Origin: Escherichia phage CMSTMSU
Sequence record: MH494197.1
DNA: 64,000 nt
Reading direction: 5' to 3' (one strand)
Part shown: piece by piece, positions 56,834 through 64,000 of the stretch
How positions within the stretch are numbered: the first letter of the stretch is position 1
Layout: each line of letters starts with the position of its first letter
Made by a program: the position numbers and the translations under genes
The notes under the pieces: model-generated
Told to the model about the DNA's origin: nothing
What the model saw: the letters and a program-made list of their open reading frames with translations, nothing else
The model's database searches: none

Positions 56834-57127
56834 TTAGGATTTGCAAAAAATTGCCCATTCTTTTACAGGAAAAACGTTTTCAGATAACATCTTCACATCT
56901 TTACTGTAATACTTCATTGCTTGGGTACAGTGCTTGTAATCTTCTGCACTCAGTTCTTCACACACAACACTGTGCGTTTCAGTACTGGATACCCATGACT
57001 CTTCTTCATAATATAAGTCAATTACATCTTCTACTGTATAGCTATCAGGTAAATCATAATATACCCAATTACTAAAACCAGAGCTTACACCAACTCGAAT
57101 TCGATAGTACTTCATATTTTTTATCAT
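56834..57127 (-). CDS. hypothetical protein
   Basis: 97-aa ORF. Confidence 0.5.
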   Translation of the reverse strand: MIKNMKYYRIRVGVSSGFSNWVYYDLPDSYTVEDVIDLYYEEESWVSSTETHSVVCEELSAEDYKHCTQAMKYYSKDVKMLSENVFPVKEWAIFCKS

Positions 57128-57348
57128 CCGATTTTACATAATAGTAACATACAATGCAGTGAATTACAAGAAGAATAATTTCTACTACATTCAGTGCCAC
57201 AACATGCCCTTGTGGGACCGTAAGTGACAATAACAACATTATAGTAGGTATTACGAATATTGTCCATGTTTTTTCATTTTATTTCCTTAATGTAGGCAAA
57301 TGGTAAAAATACAACCTCTACACGGAAATGCAGTTGCGAGTGCATCAA

Positions 57349-57765
57349 CTATAGATTTGTTTTATTACATTGCCATACTTTTGTAACTTTGTGTTGGAAT
57401 ACCTTGCCATCTTTTACTAACCAATACATTTGCATTTTAACAGTACAGTTATCAGATGGTATTAGTAAATCTTCCATATCATATGAATTAAAGATTCTCT
57501 CGTTCATATAATCTCCTAGTGAAAAAGCCAGATTCTTTCTTATATATTCGGCGACACAATCAGTAGTTTGTGTATTTGTGAATGCAACAACTTCATTCGA
57601 TACACCATTCCCATTACACAATGGACAAATCCCCATATACTTAGGTGTTGGAACTGTATCTAGTTTATATTTCCCTGAAGATATCATGTATTGTTGTGGT
57701 AATACATCCAAAGAAATAATATAATCTTCATCGAATTGCTTACAACATACCCAACATTTACTCAT
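57349..57765 (-). CDS. Cys-rich putative zinc-binding protein
   Basis: 138-aa ORF with CWVCC and CPLC motifs. Confidence 0.5.
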   Translation of the reverse strand: MSKCWVCCKQFDEDYIISLDVLPQQYMISSGKYKLDTVPTPKYMGICPLCNGNGVSNEVVAFTNTQTTDCVAEYIRKNLAFSLGDYMNERIFNSYDMEDLLIPSDNCTVKMQMYWLVKDGKVFQHKVTKVWQCNKTNL

Positions 57766-57961
57766 TGTGGTTCTCCTTCAAAACAATTCTTATATCTTCG
57801 AATGTTTTAACAAACCAGTCATGTTCATCAGATACATCAACCACCTTCCCACCATAAACATAGTAATGATAGAAGGGTAACTTACTTTTCCTCAATCGTT
57901 CAGCAAGTTCTGGGTTTTGAAATATCTTAGCACATATTGCATCCGGATACGAGAAATGCAT
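57758..57961 (-). CDS. hypothetical protein
   Basis: 67-aa ORF. Confidence 0.4.
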   Translation of the reverse strand: MHFSYPDAICAKIFQNPELAERLRKSKLPFYHYYVYGGKVVDVSDEHDWFVKTFEDIRIVLKENHNE

Positions 57962-58237
57962 TCGGGTGTCATTTCAATACGGTCGTGCATATACTTGTTC
58001 GCCGCTGCTTTGCAGCAGCACCGACACTTTTCTAAGATCATCATGTTTCTGGCCTGTTAAAACCAAAAATAAAAAGTTTCTACCGATGGGAACCAACCGT
58101 AGGGTTCTAAGGTAAAACTATGTGACGAAAAGTTAGATAGATCCCTACCTAACTTAGTTTTAGCTTTACTATAGATATTAATGTGTCTGTATCCGTCATC
58201 AGTAGGGTCAATATAGTTAAATGACTCTTCAGGAAAT

Positions 58238-58597
58238 TCAAACATAATTACTCTTCTTCACCAGATGGTGTACCACGTAGTTTATCAAAATCAACCCAAA
58301 TGCCATGCTGGTTTTGAAGCGACATTTCTCATAGTACCAGCTATAGTCTGTTTCAACACCGGAAATTGAACGAACACTACAGTCATACATATTGTATAAA
58401 TGTGTACGTACAATGAATGTTCCGATAAGAAGAACAAACACAACAATACCAGTACAGATCTTTGGATGATCCATAATTAGGTCCAACACAGAACTGGTTT
58501 CAGTACTATCCATTTTACTACGACCGATGGCAACAAATTTCAGTACTGCTAATGATACCAGTAATGAAATAACAAGAACACTCAAATAAATTAGCAT
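58238..58597 (-). CDS. membrane protein
   Basis: 119-aa ORF with several hydrophobic segments. Confidence 0.5.
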   Translation of the reverse strand: MLIYLSVLVISLLVSLAVLKFVAIGRSKMDSTETSSVLDLIMDHPKICTGIVVFVLLIGTFIVRTHLYNMYDCSVRSISGVETDYSWYYEKCRFKTSMAFGLILINYVVHHLVKKSNYV

Positions 58598-59163
58598 ATT
58601 TAGACTCCTACACCAAAACGTAAAAGGATGTTATTAACAAACACAAAATCAAATGGAGACTTTGGTTCAGATACCGAGTACTGAAAAGTTTCAGTGGCAA
58701 AATTTTCCCTATTATGCCATGTTGATGAATCGATTAGTAATTGTTTATCACCAATTGACGTTGAATGTAATGGGACGTGTGCTGATGAATTTATGGAATA
58801 CGCATTTAGTTTTCCTTGTTCATCAAATGTAACACAAAGGTAATATCTCTTCTCAACATCAGGGAACGCTCTTTAATATACGAATATATTGATTCATTCA
58901 AATCATCATCATCCCTTGTCTTAGAACCGAGAACTTGAGCAAAAGACAAATGACGTTTAGGTTGGATCGTTCCGGTCTTTTAGAATGAATTCTTTGGTTA
59001 AGTAAAAGTTATTGTGTTTTACCTCAATATTAACAGTTTTGAAGTTTGTGATTTTATCATATACGTTCCTAAAACTGTTATATCCCATGTACTAATTTCC
59101 TGCATCGTTGCAGTAACTAGTTCTTCTAGTTCTTGGATAAATGGCAAATCGTCTTGATTAAAT

Positions 59164-59718
59164 CTAATCACAGTTTTCATATACCTTTTTCAAATTCATG
59201 ATTTCAAGAAGACTATATTCTTTTTCACTAATCAAATCTTCAGTGAGTGCTTCTGGTTCGGTGTTACAATACAACTTCCCATTAATGATAACATAACCAT
59301 TGCTAAGATACAACGCACTCATTATCTGTTGGCCTTCTTTAGCATTGACTGCTATACCAGCATTTGTTACAACAAGCCCATTGTTTGCAAATGCTGATGT
59401 TAGTTCTGACCATTCAACTGATATTAAATCACGATAGTCTTTTGATACTTTTATATTAACAATACAAGCAACTCTTGTAATAGATGGAGTACTAATCGTA
59501 TACATCTGTGGGTGTTGGTAGTTTGAGTTATATGTTTGTGGTGTATTAACAGCAGTTCCTGAATTCGGAGTTGTTGGCATAATTACTTGATCCATATTTG
59601 GAACAGCCGTTCTTAGTGATGCAATACGCCCAGTTTCATCCAATTTCAAAACTAAACGATGAGTTTTATCCTCAGAGTGATACGGGAATAGACCACCGGA
59701 ATTCATATTTTGAAGCAT
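59164..59718 (-). CDS. hypothetical protein (184 aa)
   Basis: long intact ORF. Confidence 0.6.
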   Translation of the reverse strand: MLQNMNSGGLFPYHSEDKTHRLVLKLDETGRIASLRTAVPNMDQVIMPTTPNSGTAVNTPQTYNSNYQHPQMYTISTPSITRVACIVNIKVSKDYRDLISVEWSELTSAFANNGLVVTNAGIAVNAKEGQQIMSALYLSNGYVIINGKLYCNTEPEALTEDLISEKEYSLLEIMNLKKVYENCD

Positions 59719-59797
59719 TTTAATTAATTCATAAGTATTTTTAAAAACATAATAAATCCTATAGAAAATGGGAGTACAATGTACTCCCAGATTTAGA

Positions 59798-60350
59798 TTA
59801 TAGTTTAATTACTTCTTGGATACCAGTATCCATTGCTTTCTTAGTGCGTGTATCAGAAACTACTGTACATAAATGTTCAATATTTTCACTTGGGAATGTG
59901 TTAGTATCAAGAATTTTGGAGTTCCAGAAACCTTTACGGAACTTAGCATAATCAGTACACTGGTCAATTTTCATTTTCTGAAGATTGTTGAACTGTGTAC
60001 GTCCCGACTCGATAGTTACCATAAGTTCTTGATAAATCTTAGGATCGAGATTAGGAACCTGTTGTTGAATCTGTGACATCACAAACTTCTGGTCAACACC
60101 TTCACGACCTTTAAAGTATGTTTCGATGGTTTCTTTCAATGCATCCTTATACTTATCAGAAACTTGTACTTTTTCTTGAATGACAAGAGTGTATTTACTT
60201 AGTTGACTTTCTGATGCATCATAGTACTTTTAATATTACCTTCAAATTCAACAGCACGGTCATGTGCATCTACATACATACTAACTGAACCAATTGCCAT
60301 AAGACCGAATACAACAACAACACCAATCAATGCAATAATTTTACCATTCA
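59798..60350 (-). CDS. N-terminally membrane-anchored protein, frame-disrupted
   Basis: hand translation MNGKIIALIGVVVVFGLMAIGSV... (TM anchor) continues into ORF 59798..60139. Confidence 0.4.
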
Positions 60351-60656
60351 TAACTTGTTATCCCTCATATAAAGGCCAATGAAAATAGATACAATCAGTA
60401 ATAAAATAGAAGCACCGATGAGAACATCTTTACGTGGTTCCATTTTTACAGACAAGTACTCGAACTCTTTATTAGAGAGTCTTTCAAACTTTGTGTCAAT
60501 ATTATGCACTTCTTTTCTCAACAAGTCAAGAGTTAATTTTTCATTTAATGCATCCATTCGCATCTTAGCATGTAGTTCTTCGTTCTTCATGCCTTGTGCA
60601 AAGGAAGTGCTATCAAATTTAACAATCTTCCCATCATTATCAATTCCAAAGAACAT
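60348..60656 (-). CDS. C-terminally membrane-anchored coiled-coil protein
   Basis: 102-aa ORF ending in hydrophobic LIGASILLLIVSIFIGLY. Confidence 0.5.
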   Translation of the reverse strand: MFFGIDNDGKIVKFDSTSFAQGMKNEELHAKMRMDALNEKLTLDLLRKEVHNIDTKFERLSNKEFEYLSVKMEPRKDVLIGASILLLIVSIFIGLYMRDNKL

Positions 60657-60712
60657 AATAACATCATTCTTCTTACCACCACGCCACGAAGCGAGTGTTG
60701 CCTCAACAAAAT

Positions 60713-60934
60713 CTACGTTTTATAATCATAAACCAAAACTTGGATGTTGACTTGTTTACGTGCACCCATAGTTTTTAGTTCTTCACGCAGATACTCATCA
60801 TAACCATCTACATTATAATTAGTAGTGTTGATTACATGGTGTGTTTTATAATAGTCTACCACACTTGGGTATTCTGGTAAAGTACTAAGATATTTCTCAT
60901 CATACATTTCATGTAATTCATCAGGACTGAACAA
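60713..60934 (-). CDS. hypothetical protein
   Basis: 73-aa ORF. Confidence 0.4.
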   Translation of the reverse strand: MFSPDELHEMYDEKYLSTLPEYPSVVDYYKTHHVINTTNYNVDGYDEYLREELKTMGARKQVNIQVLVYDYKT

Positions 60935-61075
60935 TGAGTTTTATCAGCGAACAGATAGTTAATATAAGAACTTTCTGCGGCAGCATAATCCCCAATGTTA
61001 ACCTGTTGCCAGCGTGGAGGGTCATTGTACCCTGACGGTTTACTCGCTCAATCTCAAACTTCCCTACAGTACTTT

Positions 61076-61438
61076 TTACATACCAGTCAACTTCGTATGA
61101 ATAATCAAATACCTTATAGGACTCACATTCACGATGGGATTTCCCTTACTATCATAACGAGTTCTGCATTTCTCGTGCCACGTGTAATGCTTACATGAGC
61201 TTGATTGTGTACAAAACTCCTTGTGATTATATTTGGATGTTACCTGCCCATTTAGAATCTCTACATCGTACAATTGACTGTAGTTGATTGCATATGAGAT
61301 ACCAAGCACAAGAGCAGCACCAACTATACAACAACCAATATGAATCAACAGTTCTTTAGTACTGATATGCTTATCATACATGTATTTCATAACAAATACA
61401 ACGATAAGTGAAGGAATCAACAGAATAATAAAATTCAT
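61076..61438 (-). CDS. membrane-anchored Cys-rich protein
   Basis: N-terminal TM segment; start overlaps upstream stop. Confidence 0.5.
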   Translation of the reverse strand: MNFIILLIPSLIVVFVMKYMYDKHISTKELLIHIGCCIVGAALVLGISYAINYSQLYDVEILNGQVTSKYNHKEFCTQSSSCKHYTWHEKCRTRYDSKGNPIVNVSPIRYLIIHTKLTGM

Positions 61439-62130
61439 GTATTAGTCCAGTTTAAGTTTATTGAGACAATAGGAGATTTGGATAGCTTCACGTGCTGCAT
61501 CATACAGGGGTGATGTAATTCCAAACCATTAATACCACATTTTTCTACATACTTCACGAATTTAGCTAACTGCACTGACACAATCTCATCCATTTCGGTG
61601 CGAGCTTCTTCATTCAATAAACGCTTCAGGGTTCGTGCGTTTTCAGGAGCATCATATTTCCACAAATCACCAACATTCAATAGTTTTAAGTGATTAGCTT
61701 GTAAAATACTACAGTCGAAGTTACATCCATTTCCCCAAATTGAATGTTCAACCTCTTTACCATAACAATCAAAACGGATATCTTTCCAGAAATCGACAAT
61801 ACCATTAGAAGTAAAGATTTGTTTGGATTTACCATTAGGACCGTACAATTCTGGTGCAACTAGTGCCATAGTACTGGCAACTTCAGCATATGCATTAGGA
61901 TATTCCTTCTGACATGTATTCATCCAGAAATCCATTGCACCTGCATCTGATTTCAGCCCAGCGTTGACTTGTGCTTGGTATGGTAACTTAACATATACAA
62001 ATTGTCTGATATCATGTTCAGGTTTACTTGGAACAACTACTGCTGCATAATTTGGAATAATAATATCATAACCAGAGTTTTCAGGAGTACCGAGAGCTTC
62101 AATATCAACACTAACATGACGGCGTTTCAT
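61435..62130 (-). CDS. putative 3'-5' exonuclease (DnaQ-like DEDD superfamily)
   Basis: 231-aa intact ORF; VDIEALG (Exo I-like D-x-E) and GNGCNFDCSIL (Exo II-like). Confidence 0.5.
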   Translation of the reverse strand: MKRRHVSVDIEALGTPENSGYDIIIPNYAAVVVPSKPEHDIRQFVYVKLPYQAQVNAGLKSDAGAMDFWMNTCQKEYPNAYAEVASTMALVAPELYGPNGKSKQIFTSNGIVDFWKDIRFDCYGKEVEHSIWGNGCNFDCSILQANHLKLLNVGDLWKYDAPENARTLKRLLNEEARTEMDEIVSVQLAKFVKYVEKCGINGLELHHPCMMQHVKLSKSPIVSINLNWTNT

Positions 62131-62207
62131 ATTTCGTTCCTTATCTGTATATTAAAAGAGTGCGTTTCAATAAGAACATTATATTGAAAACGCACTCTTG
62201 TCAACTA

Positions 62208-63418
62208 TTACTTGTTAGCTTTTTCAGCAATTTCACGAAGAGTATCTTCAAGTTCATGAGAGAGTTTTGCGATTTCAATCTTAGCTCGCTCACGCTCTTC
62301 TTTACCTTTCTTCTCTTCAATCAGTACTGCTTCGATGCTATCGATCATTGTTTTGTGTACATTACGCAATGTTTTAATATCCACGATACCACGATTATTT
62401 GCTTTAGCAGCATCCAACATGTTAGTTGCTACCATTTTAGAGTTTACTTCGAGTAAACGGTTAGTTTCATTGTCAATCAGATTACCCAACTCATTGTCTT
62501 TACGTTGACGTTCGGAAATCAACTGTTCAGCCAATTGTGATTTCCATGCTGGAATAACAACTGATTTCAAATCCTCAAACTTAGAAACAGTGTTGAGGTT
62601 TACTTTCTTCATACTCATCAGGCGAGGACCGCTCAGTTCACACATCATGATAAGACGACGAATCTTATCTTCCTGCTTAGATAGAGCTTCACAAATCATC
62701 TTTTGCTCGGATTGCAAAAGAATCAACGTCAGGGTTCGCTTGCATTGCTACCAATTCAGCATCTTGTGCTTTGGTAACTTCTTCCAACTCAACTAACGTA
62801 TCACGTAGTTCAAAGAGATAGTTTTGTTTTCGTTGTAAGCAGTGTCTAGCCATGCACATTCCCATGCTGGCGGTTAATACCAACCTGAAGAGTGTTCATG
62901 ATTTCATCAATTTGTTCTTTACTGTTTTTGTACTGATCGCCAACTTTCTGTTTAGCATTAACAAAAGTTTTTGACCCAGCCTACGATTGATTTATCATCC
63001 TGTAGACTATCAATATCAACTGCACGAGTCAATGTCAAGATAGTAGTAATAGACTTACCGAATTCGGTATTATCATCAGTTACGTTAACTTTTGACATGA
63101 TTTCATCAGCCAAACGTCCAACACCTGCCCCAGCAGTGGTTCCGATGGTATTAATATTCTGCACAGTTAAAGCCATACTGTTGCCTTTAGTATCTTTCAG
63201 TACTGGAAGTGACTTGGACTGTTGTTCGAAGATATCAGTTGCGTCAATTGTGTGTGCTGCTGTTTTGGTAGTACGTTTGGCAGTTTTGGTTGCTTTGGCT
63301 TGTTTAACTGTTGCTTTTTCGGATTGATTTCTTTCTCGGACATTGTGTATTCCTCAGTTAATTTAAGATAGTGTTGCTCAGTGATAAACATTCTACAGGC
63401 AACACTCAGTACTGTCAA
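62208..63418 (-). CDS. PspA/TelA-like coiled-coil protein, fragmented over four frames
   Basis: ORFs 63197..63418, 62958..63176, 62689..62883, 62208..62726 abut or overlap serially; charged helical sequence DTLVELEEVTKAQDAELVAMQ. Confidence 0.4.
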
Positions 63419-63425
63419 CTACTTT

Positions 63426-63986
63426 TTACTCTTTATTTCCATACGCTAGGTTGCGAATGATATTGGCAGTATCTTCATCGACTGCTTTACCAGTTTGTGC
63501 TTGTAAACGACCTATAATCAATGGGATAGTGATAGTTTGAATATCAATCATTCGGCTCATATCAATCTGATACTGCTTACTAACACCAACAATACTAGTT
63601 TCAGTCATTGCTGTTGAAATACCCATTTTCATAATACGTTCAAGCGTTAGTTCATATTCAAATGGATCTTCCAAACGACGAATTGCATATTCACACCCAA
63701 TCTTACCATACTCAAGTTCATTTTTGATTTCACGAACTTCATCACGAATTTCAGTGAATAAAGACGTAATACCACTAAACTTGTTAGTATCGTACTTCAC
63801 GGCCTCATTCAATGCTTTCATTACTTTTGGCAAATCAGATGGTTGAACTTTGATATCTGCTTTCCCAAACAACTTCTGTGCAAAGGTAGGTTTCAACGGG
63901 AATAACTTTTCCAGTGCTGTTGTAAGGTTACCCATTAATAAACGGATATAATCACTGTGTTGTTGTAGTGCTGCGTTCAAATCCAA
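63426..63986 (-). CDS. hypothetical protein (186 aa or longer)
   Basis: intact ORF; may extend past the window edge. Confidence 0.55.
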   Translation of the reverse strand: MDLNAALQQHSDYIRLLMGNLTTALEKLFPLKPTFAQKLFGKADIKVQPSDLPKVMKALNEAVKYDTNKFSGITSLFTEIRDEVREIKNELEYGKIGCEYAIRRLEDPFEYELTLERIMKMGISTAMTETSIVGVSKQYQIDMSRMIDIQTITIPLIIGRLQAQTGKAVDEDTANIIRNLAYGNKE

Positions 63987-64000
63987 TTGTCGCTCAGAGA

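Overview
AT-rich (~36-38% GC by eye) segment that reads as the early/accessory region of a virulent tailed phage of an enterobacterial host. Nearly all genes are on the minus strand as small ORFs (mostly under 200 aa) with GAGG-type ribosome-binding sites; the one plus-strand island is 30217-31373. Recognisable genes: a T4 DenV-type pyrimidine-dimer glycosylase, a sigma-70-family sigma factor, a cytosine-5 DNA methyltransferase, an HNH endonuclease, a DnaQ-like exonuclease, a P-loop ATPase and a PspA/TelA-like coiled-coil protein. There are eight tRNA or tRNA-like genes at 36.7-41.8 kb, all on the minus strand. Intergenic regions carry two classes of consensus sigma-70 promoters, one embedded in a conserved UUCG-tetraloop hairpin. 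The most unusual feature is a family of at least 18 small paralogous proteins sharing the motif [ST]-E-E-x-x-F-[QM]-x-S-[LT]-[IV]. Many genes are split across reading frames, so either the sequence carries indel errors or the region is decaying; several products were reconstructed by joining frames by hand. Hand-derived coordinates (promoters, tRNAs, rebuilt genes) are approximate to within a few bases. No integrase, transposase or CRISPR array was seen.
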